DNA of 64,000 nt from Botryllus schlosseri. Its lineage: Eukaryota. The notes beneath the pieces were generated by a model, which was given only the letters and a program-made list of their open reading frames with translations, did not search any database and had not been told where the DNA came from. Each line of letters starts with the position of its first letter. Within the stretch, counting starts at the first letter, position 1. The stretch spans positions 7,130,001 through 7,194,000 of the forward strand of contig CM119375.1 of NCBI GenBank assembly GCA_051294905.1, given 5' to 3'. This document shows, piece by piece, positions 36,059 through 51,923 of this stretch. A program made the position numbers and the translations under genes.

Positions 36059-39000
36059 ATGGCGAAAATGCATAGTACGATTACGATCGTATTTTCCGCC
36101 CTGCTCTGCTTCTACCTGCATCGCGTAAGTTCCACGGAGAGTCACAGCGAGCCGGAGAAGAATGTGACCTCAGTTCTGGAAGACCTGGACGAATTTGATC
36201 CCGAGAACGAGTTGAAAATCCAAATATATTCGACCTTAGAAAGTCAGTATCGGTGTGACTATGCTTGTGGAACGAGCCTAACAATCTCATCCGTGTTGTC
36301 AGGTCTAGCGTGTCGGGACATCAGAAAGAAAAGAGTTTTGTGCGTGAAAGGTAACATCTCGGAGGCGGACTGCGTCGCGAGAGGATGCTGCTTTGACGAG
36401 AGCGCTTCGGTGAGGAGGCATTTTGTTCGCGTCTGCAGGGATGCGCAAATGTCGCAGTTGTCTGATTTGTGCAAATCGAATAAATTGACCAGTTCCAGGG
36501 TGACCAAGGGAGGTGATAAAATTTAATGGGCCGTTGTGCAGGAGACACGTTCAGTCGGACATTGTGTAATGTGTATACATTGCGTGAGATAGGCCGTAGT
36601 TATAGTAGGAATATCCCGTGAAGTTTTGCCACACTGTACCAATAAACAAACTAATGTTTGACGTTATATGAAATATGCATATATAGTGTACTATATTTCT
36701 TAATATTGAGATAGGTAGCAGTGAAATAGTGGGAGATCCATGCTTATTCAATGGAAGTCGTGTAAAATTTGTTTTCATTTTGATTGCTGAGCATGAGCAT
36801 CGAAGGTCATTAATCGTGACTGTGTAACCTACGGTCAGCAGAGTATACTGTCTGCTACGTTTGAGCTAAAGTTGAGTCACGGGCTAAGAAAAGGGAAAGA
36901 AACAAAATAATCACTACAATATGCATATACTGACATGACTCGTCAATATTTTGGACTAATTTATTTTATTTATTTTCGCGCTTCATGCGATTTACCTCCA
37001 GTCATAAAAAAAATTGTTTGCGTGTGGTCCAATGTAGAATTTTATAAATTAGACTAATCACTTTTATCAATTCTTTAAGAGATAGAAAGCCTGTGTGCGA
37101 CCACAATTTTCGCTGCCTTATTTATGAATGTTTCTCTTATCAAGAGGTTGCAAACCCCAGATATAAATCGTCCATGGGATTAGATAGCTAATTTTCGCAT
37201 ATACACTGCTATTCGGTTGACATATGCGATTTATAATTCCCTAATGCAGTGTACACATTCTCTCAAAGGCATTGCTATCAATACACAACACACATGCTAT
37301 AACAATATTCTGGCTATACTGACTAATTGACTATACGTTGCTGGTAATAACTATTATCAGCCGGGAATCTGGAGCATTGCTAATCACCAACACGACTCTC
37401 GCGACGAGCAATGTGTTTTTATGTTCATGAACAATATAGTAATTATTAGGGCAAGTTTTCGCAAGTTTTGCAACTTTTATTTACATCTTCCGTCAGCTTC
37501 ATAAATACGCAGAAGTTATGTAGCATGGTGTTTTAAGCTGTTTGGAGGATTCTTATATTGCAACATTTTGCAACTTTTCTCAATATTTTTCATGCAACTT
37601 TTTGTAACTTTTTCGATTTTTCATGAAACTTTTTGCAACTTTTTTCAATTTTTCGTGCAAATTTTTGCAAGTTTTTTTCGATTGCTCATGTAACTAACTT
37701 TTTACTGGAAATATTTGGCACTGTATGTAAATAGATCGCTTAATTATTTCCCTGTCGTTAAAATTTGAGGTCCTTTCTGATTTGATGTACATTCAGGCTA
37801 GACCGCCGAAAATTATATTTTCACTGGGACAATTTTTCAGGCTAACGACTTTTTTGAAGTCGCTAACACTGAGTTTTGCTACAGTGCCTTGGATACAGAT
37901 CGATTCGAGTATCCCATGCCCTAATAATTTCAAGGAACTTGTCCACAAATGCAACTTTTTAGTGCAACTTTGGTGAAAAATAGATTCAACTATCCATGGA
38001 TTTGACTGCAACAAAAACTTGTCGTAGTAATTATCAATATATTCCCAAACTTGTATCAATGCATTACCAACCACGGAATGTATAAATTGCACCTGTGAGA
38101 TTGTTAATAGAAATGCTATACATAGGCCCTTTCTATGAAAGCACACACGTTACCCTTGAAATATTTGTAAGATATATATAATTGAAGCCATTTTCTCACA
38201 TTGTTTTGCGGTGAGAAATGAACATTCAAAAAGACCGACCAATCTAATTTTGTCGGTTATATCAAGTATACCGCTGCTATATTTAAAACCTGAGGTTGGC
38301 GTAATTGTTACTATCTTAAATTGAAACGTAATTCTTAATGTGTAATAACTTTCTTACAAAGTCTTCAGCAGGATAACAGGTCTTTCTAATAAACCCCCAG
38401 AGGCGAGCGAATAAGCGTTGTATGTTTTTCTGCGTTTTTGTGATCGGGTATTGTGACATGACATACGCGATATCCTGGCCTCGCGCTTATGGAAATTAAA
38501 TCTGGCCTGACACTATTTTATACGGATCATTTGCCTACGAATGAGGGAGATATAAATTTGAATCAAGATAAGATTACTCGTGATAAATCGATGGAAGTTT
38601 TGACACCCACGAATAACTATGTTTCAATAATTTCAGAAGCCGAATTGCTACAAGAAAAATGACAGGAAACTCATCGTTCAAAAAGCGCAAGAAATGGAGC
38701 TCACCGCAGTTTTGTCAGATAATTCAAATAAACGAAGTTCGGATTTTCACCTCATCGACAGTATGCTGGAGTGCATTACTAGAGGAGTGCCATACAATCT
38801 CTGCTGTAAGATATTTGAGTGGAAATTGCATTTCAAGCACAGTCGAGAGTTCAATAGAGTTAGATATCACCCTTTTAACATGATTCTACCACTTTTATCA
38901 GCTCAGGTTTTTGATAACCAAACACCGGTGGCACCGTCAGCTTCAACACCAGAGACATACGCCATCCCGCGTGAAACACCAAAGCCGTCTGAACAACCAA

Positions 39001-42000
39001 TCGCCATCTATTCAGAAACAGAGCAACCATCAGTCGCCATCTATCGACCACCCACAAGTATATTGATGACCAAGATCATTGATTTGGCAAATGGCTAAAT
39101 TTCCGCTTTGTCTTTACAGCATGTGGCTGGTTTCCCTGGAGTGGATGGAGTGAATGTAAGGGTTATTGTGGATCTGGTGTTAAGCGTCGAATGCGACGAT
39201 GTAACGGGTGCATTCCTGGAGAAGGCTCCTGTGTGGGAAACTGCTTCGATTACAGGTATTTTAAAATACTGGGACTCAGAGGTTAGCTTGTAGGTGATAA
39301 TATTGAGATTGGCGTGGAACAATTCAAAATCGCGGCTTTCAACGAGACGTCTATAGATGTCAAATGTTAGCGACAGTGGTTATAACACCACGCCTTCTAT
39401 TCGAATGCAATAGACCTACAATACATGATGCCCCGTGGTGAAGTAGAGGCATAAGCGCAGAACCTTGTTATGTACGGTAGCATGTGAAGAAAAAGTACAA
39501 ATGTATTAGAGAGAGCTGCATTGAAATTCCATAAAAAGTTTCAGTATAGTTGCTTTTTCGTACTCGTCCTTCACCGGGCATTGTTCGGCTGTTAGGCAAA
39601 CATCATGATTGATAAAAAAATGCAGGAGTACGAAGCTGCAACTAATAATAATATATTCATCCTTATATCACGAATAAAAGTCATTGATGAGTTCATCTCC
39701 TGAGATTACATATATATTCGTTCGGCAATTCAGGAGATGCAGTAACCCTGTTGGAAATGAGTGCGGGTACTGGAGCGGTTGGTCCGAGTACAGTTCCTGC
39801 AGCACATCATGTGGCAAAGGCACAATGGTCCGCACGAGGAAATGCTATGGAGCTGCTGTTGGGGATCCAGGTCCGTCTTCCTTTCCATTCAGTTTGTGAA
39901 AAATGCACGACCCCGTGACGCATAGATATATGCATGTATGTATGTATATTGTATATAGGAATTATACAAATGTCATCTCAGTCAGTTTGTGACTTCGTCG
40001 TGTTTATGAGTTTTCAACATAACAAGGTGAAATTCACCTTTTGTCTGTACGTACGTGTACGACTGCGGGTTCCGTATCATAAGTGATTGAATATAATGAA
40101 TTTAAGTAAACTTTCTTTCCTGGACTAGAGTGCCTGATCCAAAATCCTGATTTCTCAAATTTGTTCAAAGTCGCATGAAAATTCAGGATAGCTTTGACTT
40201 CTTATCCCATTTAAAATCTGTTTAATTTATGGCGATTCCAAGTCTAACTCGTGAAGTCAAGTTGAGATGCCGATAGGTTATGTAACGTTACCACAAACTC
40301 ATGCCAGACATTATATTGCGAATTACGCGCACGCCACATCTGCACATTTACCAAATGAATCCCACATTGATACGCAGCATCATACTATAGATCGCATATC
40401 TTGACTTATAATTCGAAATGGATTACCTCGACATCTGCTGTCAGAGCCGCAAAGCTATTTGTGTAATTAGCGTTGGCTATTTCGGTATATTCCTTGGTTA
40501 TGGCAAATAACAAGAACATATTGGCTATTTCACAGCATACATGCAGTTTGATTTGTCAGTATTTGAGTGAGAAGCTTGTGCGAAAAACCGTAATGATGAC
40601 ATGGTCACTGTCATTGCAAGGGGTACGGTAGATCTTATTTCATTTGAAAATGTTAGAATCAACAATTATTTAGTTGACCGATGCCAGTTTATGTAAACAA
40701 AAATATTTTTCTTGCTTAATAATCTCCCATTAGTTTGCTTTGTTTGTGTAAGTCGTCCGTCGATTTCAACTTAATGGCCGCTATTATTACACCACATACT
40801 TCAAGTATGTCGTTGGTACTGTTACAATGCGAATTACAATTGTCCGTAATTTTGATTTTTACGTCATAGTTAGCAATATAGGTTTCACTTTTGAATCTGA
40901 TTGAAATTTGAATTCCTTTCGTATGCCGATAACTCTAGATAAGAGGCTCCCGAAAATTAGTCTTGCATTCTTGTATTCTTGCAATGGCTGTTAAGCAATC
41001 TATTAATTATAGTTGCTTGTTTGTGTGGTTATATTTATGCTTCCAATTCCTTGGTAATTTACATCAGGCCCATTCGCGTTGTTAGTCAATCTTGAATTGC
41101 CTACTTTCGGCAATGTTCACTGTCGCTCTTAGCTTTTGTAAGGCACTGCCTACGCTGCTGTTCCGACGACCAGGAACTTATGTAATCACAAGCACTTGAT
41201 TCATTCCAAAGATCCGGGCTCGGGAATATATCACCCGTACAACCCATCGTCTCTAAAATTGTTAATGAAAAATACCTATAACAGGCTGCATCGGGACAAC
41301 CTCGCAATCTATGGAATGCCACATTGGCGATGGCTCATACGGCGGATGGTCTAACTTTGACGGGTGTTCGGCTACATGCGACGGCGGCTTCCAGAGCAGG
41401 CAGCAGGTGTGTGTAAAATCATACTCGAATTGCCTCAAAGAACTACATTCGCAATGAGATAGCAATATAAACTTCCGACGGTATGTACAAATAGTAATCC
41501 TCAATCCGTAACCCTTTATCAATGTATTGTATCATAACTGAAGCATTCGAAAGTATTAAATTTACTTTTCGAGTCATCATTCAATTACGAATGTGTCACG
41601 ATGGCCAGGCCTGAATATATGATACGTATCGATGCTCTAACTGCGAATCAGACGCTATCGACCGAACGCATGGAAGATACCACAAATTGTATTGGGTTTC
41701 GAAAATTTAGGTTCACTTCCAATATGATGTCACCATGCTATCGGGTTGTGTTACGTGAGCGTCTACCGATAACCAGTTGTATCTCATAAGGGCGTATTGA
41801 CTGAATAGATGTCGTGATACACTTCCGTACCAACCGCACCCGTACGTGTGTAGCTAAGGATGGAAATAATTTTGGGATTTGCCGAAATTTCTAAAATAGG
41901 AACGTGAAGTCACGAATATCCATCGTGGCCTATTACCATGTATTGTATGGGATCATAATGCCGAAGTCGAAAATTTGTAGGGTGTATTCCGATTTTTGCC

Positions 42001-45000
42001 TCCTGGTAGCGACAATGGTATCAAGTAGTGTGGTCTCATTGTAAACAAAGCATTGCTTTTTTTAGTAACGGCGGGTTCATGTTCTTCACTTCACATTACC
42101 TCAGCTCGAGCACGGGCCCTGGTTTTGTCTCTGTGTGTTGCGATTATTATCAAACTTATTCCTGTAGGTTCATTCATGCGGTCTGGAGCATAAATGGGAT
42201 GTCAGACCCTGCAACACCCAACCTTGTTGTGGGCCGTTTCCCTGGTCACAATGGACTGCTTGCTCCGCTACCTGTGGCATGGTAAGTGGAATTCGCTCTG
42301 ACATCCATCGTCGCGTATCGCATGCAATGACGCCATAATAAAGCATTGGAAAATATCTCTTTACTGCAGATCGTAATACGAAATAATTATACTTGACCGT
42401 GACATGCCGACCTGCAGGCTACAAAATTAATTGCAGCGAATGTATATGAATCATAACGTTTTCATGCGAGGTAATTCTGTGGTACATTTATGCTGCAAGC
42501 ATTCAATGTACGACGATGTATAGCCGCATGAGATACACGGGTTATAGCCTTGTACCAACGTCGGAATCAGGCCTCTCATGTATACAGCGCTGCATGTTCT
42601 ACAACTACATCATCGCCTCTGACCATAATTTAATTCGGATAGAGATGGTCAAAGTAGCCAGCGTTGCTATTCAAGTAGAAGTAGAAGTAACTTCCTATCT
42701 ATCTACTCAATTACATGTAGAAGTAGCGGTTTTCAATGCCTTCTAAAACTACTTCAAGTGAAATTGTATATTGAACGGTCTGACACGTGCTCTTGTAAGT
42801 AGTTTTAAAAAGTAGATATGGTGGAGGAATAGCACGCTTTAGCAGTTACTCAGAGGTGGCTACTTTCAAAATTGTGCCTAACGCAAAAGGACTAATGCAA
42901 CTACAAATATGTGGAATCTTCAGATATATATTCAGTTGCGGTGATACAGAGGCTATTTCATGCTGTTTTTATGAATGTGCAACTCGTAAAAGTGACGAAA
43001 ACATATCTCAAAATTTCATTGAACTTTTCTAATTCCAAATTAAAAACAGTAAGTAGTTTGACTAAAAATTGTTCAAGTAGAAGTAGTTTAAAGACATCTA
43101 TAGACATAACCACTTGTAGTAAGTACCGCAAGAATAGGCAAAACCTTCTCGATTATACCGAAAAAGTAGAAGATTTCCCTACCTAATTACTTAGTTGCTT
43201 CATTTGCTGGATTTCCGTCACGTTTAGATTTATGATTAACTTCGAATGATAGCCCGCCATTACGACTTGGTTGACAAAATTTGGACATAAATATCTTTAG
43301 CAGCTCGATTCTAACATCTGTCGTGACGAAATTCCGATACAGATGTCCCTGTTCGGATATAGTTTTCAAAGCAACTTATGCCATCACTGTGTTTCGCAGG
43401 GAATCCAAGTTCGCCGAAGATCAGACGTCTGTCCCGAGTTGCCGGAAGAGGTTGTATCAATATCTTGCGACGCTGGTGAGAAACTTCTGACATTTCTCAA
43501 CGCACAGCGCCTCGCAAACGACTGTCAATTGCTGTCTAGGGCCCGGAAACTACGGCGAGTGGTCGGCGTACGAGGCGTGCTCGAAAACCTGTCCTGGCGG
43601 TAGCCACATGAGAAAGAGGTCTCATTCGTGCGGTTTGAAAGACGACGTCCAGATAGAGGCGTGCGGCTTACCGGGATTTTATTCGCAGTGGTGCGTTGAT
43701 TGCTAGTGATATTATCCAGCTGTCTGTGCTATATCGCCGGTTGCATCCACCTGCGGTATGCTACCACCAGGGCTGTGGAACCGGTTCACTTTACCACTGA
43801 CCGCAGATCCAACTCCAGATATTTTAAACACACACACCGATTCAAACTCAGACTTTGGAACACACAGCTCGGAATCTTAATATTTTCTTCACAGATCTCC
43901 GACTCCGACTTGGTGTAAATCTACTCAGAAAATTACACGTTTATTACATTTTGGTTATTATTTGTTACCAAGCTAATCAGCATTGTTTATGAATTTTGAA
44001 AATTCTGTTCGCATACCTAAATTAAGTTCTAAAAGGTGAACTATGCACCGAAAAACCTAATAACTTCAGTAACTGGGTAATACTTTAATCACATTGGAGA
44101 ACATTTCCTTCAATTATAATGTATAGCTGGAGTCGGAGTCGGAGTTTGTAAAATTACTCTGACAGCCAGTATATGTTTCGCTAAATCCGAATCCAACTCT
44201 GAAGGGTGGTACAAACATTCTGTGACTCCGCCACCACTCCTATTTCACTCCATATCTCTATTAACGAACTTTTCTAAAATGAGATTCGTCGATCGAAGTT
44301 TTAAGGTCGGATCCGTTCCATGTGAATCTGGCTTAGCGACTTGTGACGATTTCGAGTCCATCATATACAATCTCGTTTCTAGAAATTCACTCAATTCATT
44401 GCCACCTGGCTCGCTCAAATTTCAGGACGGATTGGACCACATGTTCAAAAACATGCCCCGGCGGTACCACGTTCCGATCTCGCACGCACAGCTGCCAGGA
44501 ACCCGAATACGAAACACAAGAATGCGGTTTGGAAGGCGCCTGGTCCAACTGGCAGGCTTGGTCTACCTGCTCAAAAACCTGTCCCGGGGGACAGAAATTT
44601 CGTGTGCGCTTTCACAGTTGCACGAATGAGCAAGACCTCGAAACTGTCGAATGCGGGGAAGTTGGTAAGATTCAATCATTCGTCAGGCTAGAAATATCTT
44701 GTTTTGATCACGAACTCTTTCCATTTGCAGGCGGATTCAGCGGATGGGGTCTATGGTCAGCATGCAGCCAATCATGCTTAGGCGGATTTCGAAATCGCGT
44801 TCGTTATCAAGTCTGTACTGCGGCTAGTGACGTGAGTAGGCATCTGATTAAATATAGGATCAAAGGCTGACTCTATGACGAATGCAGGACGAAACTGAAT
44901 CGTGTGGCAGCCCGGGAGCGTGGGGAGTATACCCCGATTGGAGCGTGTGTACGAAGCAATGCGGCGGCGGCGAGCAGTTCCGCACGCGGGTCCATTCATG

Positions 45001-48000
45001 TCGTGAGTATCTGCGATTTTGAGAGGAATTCACCCGTTGTGTTTATATTTGGTTAAAAGTTGTTCTATTTGGATTGGATTGTATCGTTGCCTAATCACTG
45101 CTTCCGTAATATAGTTAGAAGAGGTGGTCAGTGGTGAAGTACTTCTACTTTTGCGGAGTATGGGAGTACTAAACTAGATTCTGTCAACATACCCAAGTGG
45201 TTGTGTGTTTAGACTATACTTCCACTTGTACTGAACAGTATTGTATCCAAAACCATATATGCCTTCTTCACTTGTGATTTTGTAAAATAGAAAATAGATA
45301 TGGTACATGTCCGCATAACTTTTATGAGTGACATAGTGATACTGACTGGGCGAAATAGCCCCTGTATCACGGCAACTGGATTCATAGATAACATACTGAC
45401 CCATCCCGCCACGATTTCCTCGGCAATATAATTTGTTTTGTTATCCGGAAGAGAGATTTATTGGAATAATGCATATATAACTAATCGATCTGGTGCACAA
45501 GGCCATTGCTGCCGAGCTCCAAAAACTCAATACCAACAACAACAACGGCAACTGGATATGCTGTATTTTGGAAAAGTGCGCCTATTTATAGTGTCATTAG
45601 CCATTTGCGTTGTCGAGAGTATACACCCAGCAATTTTGACATTATCGACCTCCGATATACTGCTAAAAGTTTGTGATACTTTTACCAAATCTACCTTTTG
45701 AAACTATAGTTGCTGAAGTAATTTTCTGACCTTAAATTTAGTTCTACCGCTTAAAGTAGTTTTGACATGCCTTCAAACTCAGTACTTCTACTTCCAATGG
45801 AGAAAAAATTTACGGCATTACTTCTATTTCCACTTGAGTACCAACGTTGAATAATTTTACCGCCCCTGGTGGTTAGTTAGTCAACTCCGTCGGGTATAAA
45901 CTAAGCATGTATCAAGGTTCAAATATCCGTCAATCTTGCAGCGAATACTCTGCCACCTGGCCAACAGTCGCCACAGAGTGAAGTAAGGTTGTGCAACACG
46001 CAGCCTTGCTGCATTTTTGGCGAATGGTCGAAATGGGGTCCTTGTGACGTGACCTGTCGTTTCGGACAACAGAGTAGGAGAAGAAAAAACAACTGCCCTA
46101 ACATCGAAGACCAAGTTGAGATCTTGGTAAGTGACAGACAAGACAGAACAGAATCTTGGCCGTGCCATGAGGCTTCATATTTTCATGACTAACTCCTCAA
46201 TAACATAGCGTCTGTCCAGCTCTGATGAATTGAAGCCTTAAAAACATCATCATTTAGATTACAGATACAGTTAAAATGCAACGCCAGTGACTGTGCTTGT
46301 ACGTACCATGTACATCAAATTACAGGATACAACGACACCATCTGAAACGTTTCTATAAAAAGCTAGCGAAAAAACATATAGAATGTAGATAATAAGGTGT
46401 GCGTTACTACATGATACGTAATTGTTAGAGTTATTGATACTGAAACATGCCGAATATCTCGATCAAGCTCACTGCGTAACAAACACGGTCCACAAAGACT
46501 CCCGGCACGCCGTCTAAATATTGGAAATAACCGTATTTTGATAAGAAGAACACGATATCTTTTTTGCCCCGAGTGATACGCGTAATGATCGATATCGCAT
46601 GTTTATTGTAACCTCGTCAATCATTCAATCATGTAACTAGATTCCGAAAAGGTTGCAGGGATTAGGGAAGTTTCAATGCAGTTGTTGGTGATATCCATAC
46701 CGCTATTGCGAAGACATTATTAAGTATCAGACCATAAACTAATAAATCGTGTGAATCCTTGATGACTTGATGTTGTGTCAATTTTCATTGCGAATATGTT
46801 TCATATTGCATTGTCTCGGTTCAACCGAATTTTTCATCTAAATATAATCCACATAATGTAGCCCATAAAGTATCGTCATTTGTCATTGCATATGACTATG
46901 TTGATTTATCATGCTAGAGTCATAAATAGAAATATATCAGATTCAGATTGTCATATTTTTTAGTTTCGAGAGTTTCCAGTCATAATGTATTCTTGTTGAA
47001 CCAATCGAGGGAACGGTGTCTTCAGTGTTCCAATATTTCTTTTTATATATATCTGTACGGTAGATCATAAGCAGTTTTTCGATTGTATTTACCTGTATTC
47101 AGTTTTGTTTTTAATGCAACACATTAAGCAATATATGATGGAACTATGTGAAACATATACTTTTGATTTATTTTAAAAAATTGATATGATTTATTTCAAT
47201 AAAGTTATAATAAATCTTTATAGATAGACTGCGTGTACGAAAAGTGAGTGGCATAGCTTAAATTTTCTTGAAAAATACTTACACAAACACAGAAACAAAT
47301 AAATAAACAAAAGGCGATATAGCACGCAGGGATATACTGCCTTCCTGTTATTGAAGTCATTCTCCAAATATCATATTTATGTCATAATTTCATTGTATCA
47401 TCATTTCATACTTCGTTAATAACACTTTCTCGTTCTAGTTCTGCAACGCAGGGCCGGGCTTCTACGGAGAATGGTCAGAATGGTCAATCTGCAGCAAGAC
47501 GTGCCCGGGAGGGAGTCAATTCCGCATGCAAAAGCACAGTTGCAATGAAGATGACAACGTAGAAACACGATTTTGCGGCGAAGACCCCGGATACAGCCAA
47601 TGGGAAAATTGGGCTCAGTGTTCCGCCTCGTGCGGGGGAGGTGTCCAATACAGGCAGCGATTTCACATATGTGAGATGAAAGACGCGGAAATTCAATCCA
47701 GGTTTGATTCTATCGGACTGCAAAGGGATATTTTCAAAAAGGATGAAAATGAAGTACACCGTTAACAAAAAAGTCCGTACTACGACTCAAAAGGTCTTGA
47801 TCGTAAAGAAGGCCTACTTCCTATATGGGATAGCCTACATGTCCATCTGAAATGGCGTGTTGTTATGGTGGTGTTCATGATGTTTATCGACTACTACGGT
47901 CATTTAAGGCCGATATTTCTTATTTTTGATTTCGTATCTGCCGACTTGTAGCACGGCCCACTTCTGCGCTTTTTGTAAGACACCGCTGACGCAGATGAGA

Positions 48001-51000
48001 TGGCAAGGAGGAACCTAGATAGACCTCCAACATTTAGGTAGGAATTCTGGAGTCAACCTCGGTCGTAAATGGAGTGTTTGACTCATTTTCACTAACTGGT
48101 ATGGGTGTGAAAGCATCTGAAGGGGGAGCGAATCTGCCTGAGATTAAAATGATGTTTTTTGAACTGTGCTCCGATCAGAAGATGTATCTGAACTATAAGT
48201 GAATTCGTGTAGCTGTTAGCTGACGTTTTTACGTCCTGTCTGTCAAGCATCCGTGCAGAGTGCGTAGAAAGACACACATTTATGTAGAAATAAGATCCTT
48301 ATCAGGTCGTGTCATATGTCATGTAAAATGTGCATTGTTAATCAAGAAACAAGGATCAGATGATTATTCTCTCATTAGTCATAACGATAACCTTCCATGC
48401 CATCAAACTATGCGTTAGGATTGCAAACATTCTGGTCGCTCTTTTTAATACTTATTCTATATGTCGATAAGGGGCACGCGAAATTTGTCTCTAGACTCAA
48501 GGGTGGCGTGTCTGGAAGAGTTTGAGAACCACTGCCTTAAACATTCAGTAATCGCTTCTGCTTTTCCTTTCAGGGAATGCAACACAGACCCAGGTACTTA
48601 CTTGCCTTTTGGGCAGTGGAGCACATGCAGTCGTACCTGTCCAGGCGGTCAGCGATCCCGAGTAGCCAAACACACATGCCGACTCGAGGATAAAGTAGAA
48701 ATAGGAGAATGCGGCGGGCCAGGCGCATACGGGATGTGGAGCGATTGGACCGCGTGTAGCAGTACGTGCATAGGCCAACAGGTTGGTTATTGATTTCGTA
48801 CGCTTCCAGAAGGGACGATTATTTGGGATTGATAAGCTTGAAAGTCACGTAGGCTTGAGCTTGACGGTCAAAACAAGATAAAGATGGCTTTAGACGTAAA
48901 ATAACTGGCCTGTTCACCTATACCGTGACTTGTTATGCTGTTCTGTTACTGTTTTCGTTCAGATTCAGAGTGTTTTCGTCGAGGCATTAGTCGATTAACC
49001 TATTTATGATACACCACGCGAAATTTTCGCTCTAATCTTTAACGCACGACACTGCTTTACAATATCGGGTGGTGACGAGGAACTTCGATAGCCTAACAAT
49101 ACAAGAGATGGCGGTGATAATAATCTATACTTCAGAGATGTAGTGGAGTATATCTCCATAAGAATTGGTGTATTTGATTCAATCGTACTAAGTTGAATGG
49201 GCATGAAAGCAAAATTTTGTTCCAGAAAGCACCGTTTACCTGATTTGCACCTTACGCTATGGTAAAAATCGGCAAAATATACGATTTTCGTTCACAGTGA
49301 ACACTCCCGCATTTAGGCTACATACATTACACATGACATCTCGCTAATCAACGGCAAATAAATATCCGTGCAGGTCAGACAGCAACTTCACGATTGCGGT
49401 ATGCAGCCTAACTTTGAAAGGAGAACCTGCGGGAGCGGAGGCGTCTACTCGGACTGGACGGAGTGGGGTCCGTGTTCGCAAACTTGCATTGGCGGCGATC
49501 AGCTCCGGTATCGATTCCACAACTGCGACAAGCCGGTCGACGTGGAATCGAAGGTTTGTGGGCAGCCGCCCACTCACAGCAACTGGGGATTGTGGAGCCC
49601 GTGTTCGGTAACATGCGGTCAGGGAATGAGAAGTCGGCAAAGAAGTGGCATATGCGGGGCCGATGACGAGACTGAGGTTATTTGTTTTTGTTGACTTTGT
49701 ACGGTTTCTGACACGGCTCACTAAGTAATAACAGGAATGTCATTGTATTTCACGGTTCAAGATCTAGTACCTTCGCGATTGCCACCAGCAACCGATTTCC
49801 AGGCAGTTTGGGATACACATCTGCTAATCTACCCATACCGTAAGAAAACCGAAAACGGATAAAAACATGCAGACACAACACACCCAAGTTCCACACATAC
49901 TGGTAGTCTTGACAAACCTACATCAAAAAAGCCATAGGATACATACACAGCACATCCACACATTCCACAGTTCCACACACACTAGCTGTCGTGCCATTCA
50001 CTTACGAGTAAGGACCCCTGACCAGTGACCAGTGACCAATGACCAATTCACTGTTACAATGGTAACCCAAGCATTCAACCCGGTTCATCCATACTCGTGA
50101 CTTAAAATACAAGGCAAACTCTCTACTATACTTGATCTCCGACGCCCAGACCACCTCACAAACACCGATCTCCAGCGCCTCAGTCTATGTACCCACGCTC
50201 AAACAAGCCGCCACCACCAACCAATCATGAGACATGGACTATAACACAGCAATGTGATTGCCAGAGCGTTACAACTTCAACGGCAACTCAATTCCCGGCA
50301 AGGTTGTAGCACAAATCTCGAGTGTAAGCCGAGAAGTTGTTAGTGGGCTTTTAGTAGAAGTGATCAAAGTAGTTATCCTTGGTGCTCAAGTAGGAGTAAA
50401 TTCGTTAAGAAGAAGTAGAAGTAGCGATTTCTAAAAAAGTAAAAGTAAGTATTCTATAGGTTTAGTCTTATATACAATCATTGAAAACGTTTGTAGAAGT
50501 GGGAGTTATATTCAAAAAATAACCACATGATTACCTACTGAAAGTAAGTAAAATCTACTTGATTACTATACGAAAAAATCAGAGACTTCGTTACTTACCA
50601 CCTCTGGATTATAGTCCATCAGATGAAACGACATACCCGTACTTTCTGTTAAAACATGCAATACACCTGGTGATCTAAATTACAGATTTTGCCAGTCTTA
50701 CTTTCAACTCTTACGGTTATTATTACGTCTACGACGCATAGCATAAACTCTTTTGTATCCGCCATGTGTACCCTATATTGAGCAATGACTATTGACCATA
50801 TTCCGCGATAGACCCTAACAATTGTCAATTCCAACACTTTCGTGTCCATTCAGGAGCCCCAAATTCAATATCAGTTTTCCACAAATAGTATAGAGCAGTG
50901 GTTCAGGCGATATCGCCTCCCAGTGAGCGGTTTTGAGAATCAAGAGGGATGACAATAGGGGGCGACTGTGGGATGATAGAGGGCGAACCTCCAGTTATAA

Positions 51001-51891
51001 CCTCCAGTGAGCTATATTTAATTAACGCGGTAAAAATGCACGTGAATAGCGCTTATTCTGCATAGGACGCGAGAAAAAAGGTCAACTCGACGGAAAATAG
51101 ACGTGGAAACCGGTTTTCCGAAGACCTACCATCTCGGAAAATGGCCTTTTTTTAGTAAATTCAGCAGCGATCAGAGTTAAGTGAATAAATTTCCCGATTA
51201 TATGTCCTCATTTTCGGATCCGTAAATATGGGGTGCGAAAATTTATTTCAAGATTGATAAGGGGGCGATTAGTCGAAAAAGGTTGGGAACCACTGGTATA
51301 GAGCTAAATCGCCATACACATGCACGGACCATAGGCTTCCTATATCAATTTAAAATATTGCAATATACAGGAAGAAATCTGCGGAACGAAGCAATGCTGC
51401 TATCTGCTCGAGTGGTCCGATTGGTCTGCGTGCAGTGTCACATGCTACCAGGGTCAAAGACAACGAGAACGCGCCAGCTCGTGCTCTGACGGTATTCCCG
51501 TCGATGCCCAAGTGGAAGACTGCGATGGTGGAGGTAACAATATATTGCTTTGATCTAAAGATTTATGACTGTCGTTTCAACGCACCTCTTTCAATTCAGT
51601 TGGCTTTTACCTGAATTGGTCGCCTTGGAGTCCGTGCGCAGTCACTTGCGGGACGGGTGTTACCAGAAGACAGCGCGTCCACACATGCAAACCAACGCCG
51701 CAGGATGGTGCCCGTGCATGCGCGACAAGGGTATGCGAGAGCTGGACACCGTGGAGTGAATGGAGTCGATGTAGCGCAACCTGCTTCAATGGTATATGAG
51801 TGAATATAATAATTAAGGAGTACCGTTACGAAGCCGTATATATCAGATGTGATCAAAGTATAACCAACATTGCTACACAAGTATAGACGTA

Positions 51892-51923
<32 letters not shown>
